Below are positions 1 through 9,300 of a stretch of 64,000 nucleotides of DNA, piece by piece (the stretch's first letter is position 1; each line of letters starts with the position of its first letter). The notes under the pieces were generated by a model that saw only the letters and a list, made by a program, of their open reading frames with translations, searched no databases and was not told where the DNA came from. The translations under genes were made by a program, and so were the position numbers. This stretch comes from Lewinellaceae bacterium (GTDB lineage: Bacteria > Bacteroidota > Bacteroidia > Chitinophagales > Saprospiraceae), in the NCBI GenBank assembly GCA_020636075.1, contig JACJYO010000005.1, positions 2,926-66,925 of the forward strand, written 5' to 3'.

Positions 1-1701
1 CGATGCTTCAGGCAGGTTTTCGTCGTCGAGCGCAACCCAATAGGGAAGCGTTTGGGAGTTGCCGAAATAATAAAATGGCAACACGCGCAGCACCGAGGCC
101 TGGAATCCCCCGCGCATGGTTAACCGGTCGTTAGCGTACCAGTCCACATCCGTTTTTAGCGAATAGTCGAGGAGTTTGGTTTGGCTCACCGAACTCGATG
201 TATCGCTGTAGAATTCCCCGGTGCCCGGGTCGTTGAGGGAGAACCGGTTTTGGCTGCTTGCCCGAAGCGCAAAATGGCTTGCCGTCAGGGTGGTGTTGGC
301 AAAACAGTTTTCCGAAAAAATGCGGTTCCAGCGCAAGGAGGCGAAGCGGTTTTTCCATTGGTATTGCGAACCAAAATCAATGGAAAAAGCAGCAAAATTA
401 GGCCCACCTCCGCCAAATGAATCTATCTGGACAAACTTCCGGTAGTCATCAAAATAGTCGCGGCCTTCATATAAACTCAGGTAGACGCGATTTCGGGTGT
501 CGAACGTCCAAAACACTTTCCAGTTTAGATCGGCAAAATGGTAATCCGTTTCCCCCTCCAGGCCATCTTTTTCCATGGCTTTGCGGGTAAAATATTTCAA
601 GACCGGTCCGGCCAGCGAACGCCGCATCGAAAATAGCATAGCGCTTTTTTCTTTTTTTAATGGCGCTTCAAGCGATAAGCGCGCCGCCATCCAACCCAGC
701 GAAACAGAACCGGCAATCTGCTGCAAATTGCCCTCGCGGGTACGCACGTCCAGCGCCGAAGCCGCCCGGCCTCCGAGGTACGCCGGCGCATCGCCTTTCC
801 ACAGCCGGGCCGAACGGACAATATCCGGATTGAACACCGAAAAAAGTCCCAGGCCATGCACCGGATTGAACACCACAGCGTCGTCGACCAGCACCAGATT
901 CTGATCGGTATCGCCACCGCGAACACTCCAGCCTCCCAGCCCGTCGATACTGGATTCGATACCCGGCAGCAGCACCGCCGTACGCATCAAATCCGCTTCG
1001 CCGCCCAGTGCAGGCAGCAAGTCAAACGGTAATCGGGCAAGATTTTCTTCTTTTTTTTCGAAAAACGGCCGGTACTGTTCGGCAACGGAATCGCTGGAGA
1101 TTTCGACTTCCATCATCGCCGTTTGCACCGGCTGGAGCGGCAACACCAGGTTTCGGGCTTGCCCGGAGCTGAGTTCCAGCTTCGCCAATTGAAACCCGAG
1201 CATCGACACGATCAGGCGGGCCGATTGATTGCCGGGCAGCCGAAGGCTGAAAAAACCATAGCCGTTTGTTGTGGCAGAGCGGCCCGACTGGAGTTCCATG
1301 ATAAACGCCCCGACCAGCCGTTCGCCATTGGTTGCATCCTCCACAAACCCGGAAAGCACCCGGTCGGGCGGTGGTTTTTTGTACAATAAAATCTGCCCGT
1401 TTGATTCCCGCCAGCCGAGGTTGCTGCTGCCCAGCAAGCGATCAAGAATGGCGGAAAGCTTTTCATTTTTAGAAGAAATAGAAATGCGTTGTGGCGCGTC
1501 GAACAGTTGATCGCTGAAGCCAATAGCCACCCCGGATGCCCGGCTTAAGTTGAGCAGCGTTTCGTTCAAGGGTTGGTTGGAGACCTCAAAATTGAGCCGT
1601 TGACCCAAAATGTTTTGCGCTGTGCCGCTATAGGCACCGACGCAAAGTGAAAAAACAAGTGGTCCTAAAAACCGGAGTACACGAAATTTTTTGGCGGGCA
1701 T
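1..1701 (-). CDS. TonB-dependent receptor, N-terminal part (STN signalling extension, carboxypeptidase-regulatory-like domain, plug/start of barrel); 3' end lies beyond the window
   Basis: Hand translation from ATG (revcomp of cat 1699-1701): MPAKKFRVLRFLGPLVFSLCVGAYSGTAQNILGQRLNFEVSNQPLNETLLNLSRASGVAIGFSD...GFVEDATNGERLVGAFI...DGLGGWSVRGGDTDQNLVLVDDAVVFNP. The frame stays open to nt 1, and it is missing from the ORF track because it runs off the edge. It lies directly downstream of the FecR/ECF pair. Confidence 0.75.
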   Translation of the reverse strand, partial: MPAKKFRVLRFLGPLVFSLCVGAYSGTAQNILGQRLNFEVSNQPLNETLLNLSRASGVAIGFSDQLFDAPQRISISSKNEKLSAILDRLLGSSNLGWRESNGQILLYKKPPPDRVLSGFVEDATNGERLVGAFIMELQSGRSATTNGYGFFSLRLPGNQSARLIVSMLGFQLAKLELSSGQARNLVLPLQPVQTAMMEVEISSDSVAEQYRPFFEKKEENLARLPFDLLPALGGEADLMRTAVLLPGIESSIDGLGGWSVRGGDTDQNLVLVDDAVVFNPVHGLGLFSVFNPDIVRSARLWKGDAPAYLGGRAASALDVRTREGNLQQIAGSVSLGWMAARLSLEAPLKKEKSAMLFSMRRSLAGPVLKYFTRKAMEKDGLEGETDYHFADLNWKVFWTFDTRNRVYLSLYEGRDYFDDYRKFVQIDSFGGGGPNFAAFSIDFGSQYQWKNRFASLRWNRIFSENCFANTTLTASHFALRASSQNRFSLNDPGTGEFYSDTSSSVSQTKLLDYSLKTDVDWYANDRLTMRGGFQASVLRVLPFYYFGNSQTLPYWVALDDENLPEAS

Positions 1702-1713
1702 AAGTCTGAGTTT

Positions 1714-2715
1714 TTATCGTGGACACTGGCCTCCTTCCAATCGGATGCTTCCTGCTTTTCGTTCAATGTTTACGCCGAAAACGGCTTCAAGGTTGGCCAA
1801 TATCCCGACCAGATCGGCCTTCGGGAAATAACCCGAATACCGGCAGTCGGATAAGGCAGCATTTCCAAGGACAATGTTCTGCTCAAAGCGCCGGCTGAGA
1901 CGCTCGACCACCGCAGCCAACGGAAGGTTTTGAAACGTCATTTCCGAGGTGCGCCATTCGGCAATGTGGGTGTCGCCCGGCGTGGATATTTCCATTTTCC
2001 GGGTGTTCTTCGCCACCACAGCCTGCTGTCCCGGCCATAGTTCGGCAATTTCGGATTTCGTGGAAATCTGCACTCTTCCGGTTCGGAGGGCCACTTCAAC
2101 CGTAGGCTCGGAAGCCCTTGCCCGCACATTGAACGAGGTGCCCAGCACCCGCACCTGGCAACCGTCGGTTTCCACGTCAAACGGTTTGGTTGGGTCTTTT
2201 GCCACTTCGAAAAAAGCTTCGCCGGTGAGCCTGACCTGCCGTTCGGGCTGTTCGTCGACATTTTTTACATAGGAAATTTCGGAATCGCTGTTGAGCCAAA
2301 CGCGCGAGCCGTCGGGCAGGTTTACCCGTTGATTTTGCTGCGGCCCGGAGGCTACGGTTTCCCATTCGCTTGCCAGGGTGCCGGCTTGCCTGAAGACAAA
2401 AACAGCCGCCAGCAGCACAACCAGCGCTGCCGCTGCCGCCCACCACAAGCGTTTGGGGTTGCGGTGTGTCACGGCGAATTCGGTGGTTGGGGCGGCTTCT
2501 ACCCGTAGCCGGTTCTTCAGTGCGTTCAGCTCGGTGGGAATATCGACCGGCGGTACATCCTGCCCGGAGGCTTTAAAAATTGCCTCAATTTCAGCGGCGG
2601 CCCGTTGGTTTTCGGCAGATGCTTCGAGCCATGCCTTGAGCTGTTTGGCCTCAGCGGTCGTCAGCCCTTCGGCGAGCCGTTTAAAAACAAGATGCAGATA
2701 TTTTTCAGTTGCCAT
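1714..2715 (-). CDS. FecR-family anti-sigma factor / transmembrane sensor
   Basis: 333-aa ORF with one TM segment (LWWAAAAALVVLLAAVFVF) and a FecR-like periplasmic part (GEAFFEV...VLGTSFNVRA...MTFQNLPLAAVVERLSRRF). It sits between the ECF sigma gene and the STN-TonB receptor gene. Confidence 0.8.
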   Translation of the reverse strand: MATEKYLHLVFKRLAEGLTTAEAKQLKAWLEASAENQRAAAEIEAIFKASGQDVPPVDIPTELNALKNRLRVEAAPTTEFAVTHRNPKRLWWAAAAALVVLLAAVFVFRQAGTLASEWETVASGPQQNQRVNLPDGSRVWLNSDSEISYVKNVDEQPERQVRLTGEAFFEVAKDPTKPFDVETDGCQVRVLGTSFNVRARASEPTVEVALRTGRVQISTKSEIAELWPGQQAVVAKNTRKMEISTPGDTHIAEWRTSEMTFQNLPLAAVVERLSRRFEQNIVLGNAALSDCRYSGYFPKADLVGILANLEAVFGVNIERKAGSIRLEGGQCPR

Positions 2716-2783
2716 TTTATGTAAAGCAAGTACTGTATTTCAGATGCCAAATCGGGAGCCTCCCCCCTATTCGGCGGCGTTAT

Positions 2784-3371
2784 TTAATTTAAAAAAGTAG
2801 TTGAAACGATTACAGGCAATAGCAATTTAAGCCAGGGGCCCAGGTCGGCGCGCAATTGGCGAAGTGCTTTCCCGATCTGGTTTTCGATGGTTTTGGGGCT
2901 AAGCTCCAGTTGCTCGGCTATTTCCTGATAGGTTAATTCCTGCATGCGGCTCATGCGAAAAATAAGGCGGCATTGCGCGGGCAGCCGGTCGATGGCTGCC
3001 TGAACGAGTTGTTGAAGGCTCTCCATTTCCAAAACCTGCTGCGCGGAGTGGCTTGCGTCGGGCAGGTTCAGGGATGCTTCTTCCGGCGCCGTAAGTATTT
3101 TCTTTTTGCGCAACAGCCCCAGGCATTCATTGACGATGCTGCGCTGGAGGTAGCCTTTGATCGTAGTTTTCACTTCGATTTCGCTGCGCTTTTGCCAAAA
3201 ACGAACAAACACCTCCTGCACGCAATCTTTAGCAACACCCGGGTCGGCGAGCATGGAACATGCGATTTTGAAAAGATAGCCGTAGTAGCTTTCAAACAAA
3301 CTGTCGAGTGCCGTTTCATCCCCCTGACGGAGGCGTTCGAGCAGCTGTTTTTCGTCGTGGCGGTTTTCCAT
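2784..3371 (-). CDS. ECF-type RNA polymerase sigma-70 factor
   Basis: 195-aa ORF. Region 2-like motif YYGYLFKIACSMLADPGVAKDCVQEVFVRFW and region 4 HTH LTYQEIAEQLELSPKTIENQIGKALRQLR. Confidence 0.85.
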   Translation of the reverse strand: MENRHDEKQLLERLRQGDETALDSLFESYYGYLFKIACSMLADPGVAKDCVQEVFVRFWQKRSEIEVKTTIKGYLQRSIVNECLGLLRKKKILTAPEEASLNLPDASHSAQQVLEMESLQQLVQAAIDRLPAQCRLIFRMSRMQELTYQEIAEQLELSPKTIENQIGKALRQLRADLGPWLKLLLPVIVSTTFLN

Positions 3372-3574
3372 TTTTTAAAAAAAAATACGCGGAACAGCGC
3401 TTTTGGAAATCAAGTTTGAAGCAAACTAACGGCTTATGCAGGGCCCGGCACATTCAAAGTGCAGGGTTTTGTCCGCAATTGTCAAAAAGGCGGTCGCATG
3501 AAAAAAAATGAGCATTCCGATGAGGGGGGTGCGCGGGTGCTTCCATCTAAGCGACATCTGAATTCAACATTTTT

Positions 3575-5101
3575 ATGCACCAAACATTTTTTGACATGCT
3601 AAAAAAACTCTTATTCCTGTTTGTCTTGCTATCGGGTTTGACCCCCTTCCGGGCTATGGCCCAACCAGACCCCTGCGACCCACCCATCGTAAATCAATTG
3701 GTGAACGATTTGATCGCTGAAGGTTTTGACTGCCTGAACGGCGCCGGGCCTTTTGACTGCGTGGATGATGTATTGAACTACGCTTTTGAAAACTGTCCGC
3801 CTGTAATCGACACTACCTGGGGCAACCCCTGCGACCCGGCTGTCGTGGCGCAACTGACCCTGGACCTGATCGATCAGGGCGCTGATTGCCTCATTGGCGC
3901 CGGGCCGTTCAACTGTGTGGACGATGTCTTCGACTATGTTTTTGAAAACTGCCCGCCGCCAATTGATACTACCGCATGCGATCCTTGCAACCCGGCAGTG
4001 GTCGGCCAGTTGATCGCCGATTTGATCGCCGAAGGGTTCGATTGCCTCAACGGCGCCGGGCCCTTTGATTGCGTGGATGATGTGTTCGATTATGCTTTTG
4101 CCAATTGTCCGCCCGGCATCGATACCACCTGGGGCAACCCCTGCGATTCGGCACTGGTAGCCCAACTCACGCTGGATCTGATCGATCAGGGTGCTGATTG
4201 CCTCATTGGCGCCGGACCGTTCGATTGCGTGAACGACGTGTTCGAATTCGTATTTGAAAACTGTCCGCCGCCTATCGATACCACTTGGGGTAACTCCTGC
4301 GATTCGGCACTGGTAGCCCAACTCACGCTGGATCTGATCGATCAGGGTTTTGATTGCCTCGTTGATGCCGGACCCTTTCCCTGCGTGGATGATGTGTTCG
4401 AATACGCCTTTGAAAACTGTCCGGTCAACAATGACGGCGACTGCGACCCGGCTGCTGTATCAGCTGCTATTGACGATCTGATCGCACAAGGCTACGATTG
4501 TCTGATTGGCGCCGGACCCTTCAATTGTGTACACGATGTGTTGTGTTATGCCCTGGACAACTGCCCGCTTCCGATGGACACAGCCTGGTATGACGTTCCT
4601 GCTTGTCTGCTCGATTTGCCCGCAGGTATTACCACGTTCCAGCAGTTTTTAACCTACCTGGTCGACAACTGCGATTCAACTGTCACAGGCGATATTCCGG
4701 CTTGCTGGTTGGGTGCGCCGGTGTTCGACAACGATGCAGACTTTTTTGAGTGGATCATGGAGAATTGCCCGGATGGCGATAGCCTGATTTTTCAAAATGA
4801 CAACCAACTGATGCGCTCCTTTTTTGCCGGAAACACCACTGCGGCAAAAAATCTGAACACATTGGATGGGTTAACCCTCAGCCCGAATCCGGCAAATACC
4901 GACCTTGAAATACGGCTAAACAGTGGCGAGATCAATCGAATTGAACTGCTCGACCTGACCGGCCGACAGGTGCTTGCCCGGCAAAATGTCAATCAAAACC
5001 GCGTACGGATTTCCTTAACCGAGGTGCCTTCGGGCATTTATATGGCGCGTGTTTTTGATCAGCAAAACCGTATTGGTATACGAAAAGTGGTGAAGCAGTA
5101 A
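3575..5101 (+). CDS. Secreted T9SS cargo built from six tandem 4-Cys ~51-aa repeats (unknown function)
   Basis: 508-aa ORF. Signal peptide MLKKLLFLFVLLSGLTPFRAMA|Q, so the start may be ATG 3596. Six repeats of PCDPAVVAQLTLDLIDQGADCLIGAGPFNCVDDVFDYVFENCPPPIDTTWGN type. C-terminal T9SS sorting domain LSPNPANTDLEIRL...GIYMARVFDQQNRIGIRKVVKQ. Confidence 0.8.
   Translation: MHQTFFDMLKKLLFLFVLLSGLTPFRAMAQPDPCDPPIVNQLVNDLIAEGFDCLNGAGPFDCVDDVLNYAFENCPPVIDTTWGNPCDPAVVAQLTLDLIDQGADCLIGAGPFNCVDDVFDYVFENCPPPIDTTACDPCNPAVVGQLIADLIAEGFDCLNGAGPFDCVDDVFDYAFANCPPGIDTTWGNPCDSALVAQLTLDLIDQGADCLIGAGPFDCVNDVFEFVFENCPPPIDTTWGNSCDSALVAQLTLDLIDQGFDCLVDAGPFPCVDDVFEYAFENCPVNNDGDCDPAAVSAAIDDLIAQGYDCLIGAGPFNCVHDVLCYALDNCPLPMDTAWYDVPACLLDLPAGITTFQQFLTYLVDNCDSTVTGDIPACWLGAPVFDNDADFFEWIMENCPDGDSLIFQNDNQLMRSFFAGNTTAAKNLNTLDGLTLSPNPANTDLEIRLNSGEINRIELLDLTGRQVLARQNVNQNRVRISLTEVPSGIYMARVFDQQNRIGIRKVVKQ
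3665..4592 (+). repeat. Six tandem coding repeats (~153 bp / ~51 aa, pattern C-x18-C-x8-C-x11-C)
   Basis: The repeats are read directly in the translated ORF. Two further degenerate Cys-containing units follow, up to about 4780. Confidence 0.8.
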
Positions 5102-5181
5102 TTCGACTGTTTTAATTCGTGGATGATAACATTGAGTCGTCATGCGAATTTTGAGGGATAGTTGTGCGCTGAACATCGATG

Positions 5182-5309
5182 AAACGAGGCTGTAGCAAAA
5201 GTCCTTGCACACGCAGGCAATTTCAAATTTGAGGGTGTCTCAAAAGAGAGAAATCTGAAATGCCCACCGTAGAATATTTTAATTTTTCTCTATTGCTACA
5301 GCCTCGTTT
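5182..5309. repeat. 17-bp perfect inverted repeat (aaacgaggctgtagcaa / ttgctacagcctcgttt) bracketing 94 bp; REP/MITE-like
   Basis: Arms at 5182-5198 and 5293-5309, between convergent genes. The interior shares ~50 nt with 18311-18362 in the opposite orientation. Confidence 0.6.
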
Positions 5310-5314
5310 AATTG

Positions 5315-5998
5315 TTACTTAACAACCAGTTTATACCCTTCCCCGTGCGCGTTCAGTATTTCTATGCTGGGATCCTGTTTCAGGTAATTCCGCAGTTTAG
5401 TAATATAAACATTCAAGCTGCGGCTTTTGAGCTGATCGTCATCCTGCCAGACTTTGGCGAGTACAAAATCGCGCGTAACCAGCTTGTTTTTATGCTTGAA
5501 AAATACCTGGAGCAATTTGGACTCCATTGCAGACAATCGGATTGGTTGATCGCCATCGAATACCAGTTCCCTTGAAATGGGATCGAAGGAATATTGACCC
5601 AGTATGAATGCCTGCTCCCGGGTTTCTTCCTGATAGCCCACCCGTCTCAAGACGGCCTTTATCCGCAGATAAAGTTCTTCCATACTAAAGGGCTTGGTCA
5701 CGTAATCATCCGCGCCGATGGTTAGTCCCTTGATGCGGTCTTCCCTGTTTGTTTGTCCGGTGAGGAAAATGATGGGAACCTGCTCATCCAGATCCCGGAT
5801 ATCCGCAGCAAGGCTGAACCCGTCTTTGAAGGGCATCTTCACATCCAGAATGCAGCAATCGGCCCGCATGGTACGGAAAGCGGTCAGCCCGTCGGTGGCG
5901 TTGTGTTTCAAAATGACCTCGAAGCCCTTTTCCTGCAGGTATTCCGCCACCATGGCGCTGAACTGCATTTCGTCGTCGACAAAGAGTATGCTTTTCAT
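5315..5998 (-). CDS. OmpR/PhoB-type response regulator (REC + winged-helix), no adjacent kinase
   Basis: Likely start MKSILFVDDE (cat 5996-5998). REC motifs DCCILDVKMPFKDGF and LTIGADDYVTKPF. Winged-helix C-terminus LSAMESKLLQVFFKHKNKLVTRDFVLAKVW...SLNVYITKLRNYL...GEGYKLV. Confidence 0.85.
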   Translation of the reverse strand: MKSILFVDDEMQFSAMVAEYLQEKGFEVILKHNATDGLTAFRTMRADCCILDVKMPFKDGFSLAADIRDLDEQVPIIFLTGQTNREDRIKGLTIGADDYVTKPFSMEELYLRIKAVLRRVGYQEETREQAFILGQYSFDPISRELVFDGDQPIRLSAMESKLLQVFFKHKNKLVTRDFVLAKVWQDDDQLKSRSLNVYITKLRNYLKQDPSIEILNAHGEGYKLVVK

Positions 5999-6224
5999 TT
6001 TATGTGGAACGAAGATACGGGGACACATGCGATTCAGGGGCTAAACTTATCGTGATATGCCCAAAACGCTTGTCATGTTGCAAACAACTGCACAAGTCCA
6101 ATTTCAGCGTAAAATTTAGCCTGCAGCCGGCAAAAGTCAGGTGCCGAATGGGAAATAGCAAAGTCTTCATTGGTAGTCAAGATCCGGTGATACTGAATTC
6201 CGGGGCTATTTCTGGTTCAAATTA

Positions 6225-6254
6225 AACAATAGTGAAAGAATCCTGAACAATAGT
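6225..6254 (+). promoter_or_regulatory. Direct repeat AACAATAGT(G/C)A with 21-bp phasing, 70-100 nt upstream of fibre gene 6323
   Basis: aacaatagtga starts at 6225 and aacaatagtca at 6246. The site lies in the divergent region shared with the OmpR-type regulator. Confidence 0.35.
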
Positions 6255-6322
6255 CAAGGTCCACAGCCTTCCTGGCTTCGAACTTTGCCTCTGAAATAAA
6301 TTTATGGCAAACGTTCTCCATC

Positions 6323-9300
6323 ATGAAAAAGCACCTGTACCTATTACTATTCCTGCTGACCGTTACCACGCTCTCTGCCCAGGTCGCCATCAACCAGGAT
6401 AACTCCACGCCCGACCCCTCGGCCATGCTCGACGTCAAGAGCAGCGACAAGGGCATGCTCGTACCCCGAATGACGACGGCCCAACGCGACGCTATCGCCA
6501 GCCCGGCCACGGGCCTGCTGGTATTTGATACCGATACCGAATCATTCTGGTACCGGGACAGCGGCAGCTGGGTGCGGCTCATCAGTGGCTGGGGCCTGAC
6601 CGGCAACGCGGGTACGGTGGACGGCACGAATTTTATTGGCACCACCGATGATGTGCCACTGAATTTCCGGGTGAATAATACGCGCGGCTTTCGAATTGAA
6701 CCGTCAGTGAGTAGCCCGAACCTGATCGGCGGGTTTAGCGGCAATACCGTTGCAACAGGGATTTTCGGCGCTACTATTTCAGGCGGCGGAAATGCTGTCT
6801 ATGAGAATCAAATAACCGCCAATTATGGAACGATCGGCGGCGGAGTTAGAAACATTGTAAGCGGTAGCAGTTCGGCTGTCTCTGGTGGATTTTATAACAC
6901 GGCCAGTGGAAATGGTGCAATGATCGGAGGCGGTGAAAATAATACAGCCAGTGGTGATCAGTCTGTTGTTTCCGGTGGTTTAGAAAATACCGCGAGTGGT
7001 CCGCAGTCGACGGTCGTTGGAGGATTTGGCAACCGTGCCGCAGGTTTCGGCAGCGTGGCCACGGGTACGCTTGCCCAAATCAATCATTTCGGGACCTTTC
7101 TCTTCAGTGACGGGAATAGCCCGTATGTGTTCAACTCGGTTTCGAACAATGAATTTGGCGTTCGCGCTACCGGCGGCGTGCGCTTTGTGACGGCCATCGA
7201 CGGCTCCGGCAATCCTACGCAAACGGTGCGTATTGACAATACCGGCACGGTTACCGCTGCTGCCTTTGTGGGCGACGGCTCGGGGCTGACCAATTTACCT
7301 TCCACCGCAGATAACCTGGGTAATCACACCGCCACGTCCGACATCAATCTGAACAACAACTGGCTCACCAACGGCACCAGCAACAGGGGCCTGAGCATCA
7401 ATGCGGACGGTTCCAGTTTTATCGAGACGGAAGGTGCGAAAGTCGGTCTGCAATTGCGATCAGGGGATTCTCCGTATCTGCGTTTAGATCAGGACAATTC
7501 ACAAAACTGGGGCGCCTATACCTGGGACATTGTCGGCAATGAGTCGAACTTCTTTATCCGGGATGTTTCCGGCGGGTCTAAATTGCCATTTAAGATCAAA
7601 CCGGGCTCTTCCAGCGACCGGCTGGTTATCAATGGCACCAATGTTGGCATCGGCAAAGAAATACCGGGCTCTGCCCTGGACGTGGACGGCACCGTTACCG
7701 CCACCGCATTTGTAGGCGATGGCTCGGGATTAACCAATTTGCCAACCAATTCCTTGGCCATCATTGCAGATGCAGACAACGACACTAAAATCCAGGTTGA
7801 AGAAAATGCTGATGAGGATATTATCCGATTTGATTTGGCCGGTACCGAACATTTTAGAATGGATGGCCCACGATTAGAGGTTTTAAATTCAGGTTCATCT
7901 GTTTTCATAGGGCAGGGAGCCGGTGCAAGCAACACCATAGGAGAAAGTATTACTGCTGTTGGAATGAATTCGCTTTATAATCAGACTTCTGGTTATTACA
8001 ATAGTGCGTTAGGAAGAACTTCCCTTTATTATAATACAACTGGAAATAATAATTCGGCCTTCGGTGCATACAGTATGTTCAAAAATACGAGTGGATCCAA
8101 CAATACCGTAATGGGATTGAGCGCTCTTCAAGAAAATCAATTAGGAAACAACAACGTAGCTATTGGATCGTTCGCTGGATCTTTATCTCTAGGTGATGGT
8201 AACATATTCTTGGGATACAATGCCGGCTATAATGAAACTGGCAGCAACAAACTATACATTGATAATTCCAGTACAACTACACCACTCATTTATGGTGATT
8301 TCAGTTCAAATGCACTGACCGTGAATGGGTCATTGCGCGTTAATGACGGTACACAAAGCAGTGGACATGTGCTAACCAGTGACGCTAGCGGCAATGCCAC
8401 TTGGCAACAACCGCTAATGTTTGTAACAGATACATTAACCATTATTGCTGATGCAGACCGCGATACCAAAATTCAGGTAGAAGAAAGTGCCGATGAAGAC
8501 AAAATTCGTTTTGACCTTGCGGGTACAGAGCGGTTTGTGATGGACGGAGCAAGGTTGAGTGTTTTAAACTCAGGAAACTCCGTTTTCATGGGAGAGGGAG
8601 CTGGAGCGAATGACGATCTTACAGACAACAAAAACGTATTCATCGGATTCAACGCAGGAGCCAGCAATACAACTGGAGTCCAGAACAATGCAGTGGGCTA
8701 TGGTGCATTGTCTGCTCAAACTTCAGGCGCTAGCGCCAATAATGCAATTGGTTATCAGGCAATGTTCCGCCATGCAACCGGAAATTTCAACTGCGCTTTT
8801 GGTAACCAAAGTATGTATTTTAACACAACCGGAACCAAAAACACTGCCATTGGAGCAGGTTCTCTTTATCAAAATCAGTCAGGGAGCAATAATGTTGCAG
8901 TAGGACTGAATGCCGGAGGTACCACAACGGGCTCAGGCAATGTGTTTTTAGGCTATACTGCTGGATATTTAGAAAAAGGTTCCAATAAACTTTACATCGA
9001 TAACGGCGGTAGTACATCGCCTCTCATTTATGGTGAATTTGACAATGGTATTTTGAGCTTTAATGCCAATATTGGTATCGGTACCAACAGTCCTGACAGG
9101 CCTTTGACAATCAAGGGTACCGGAACCGAACCTGAATGGTTGAGTTTCAAGGATGATGCAGGTTTCACGCAATGGCACATCAACAACAAACTCGATGGAC
9201 TCAACTTTGCCGAAACGGGCTCAGCTGATGGCAGGTTGTTTCTGGCAGCAGGTGGCAATGTAGGTTTTGGCACTACCAGCCCTACACAGGCCAAAGTGGT

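Noticed and set aside
1-5101. Polysaccharide utilisation locus, suggested by the ECF/anti-sigma/TonB receptor and by HTCS-type sensors elsewhere
   Set aside because: No SusD-like gene or glycoside hydrolase is visible in the window. The TonB receptor runs off the left edge, so the question cannot be settled here.
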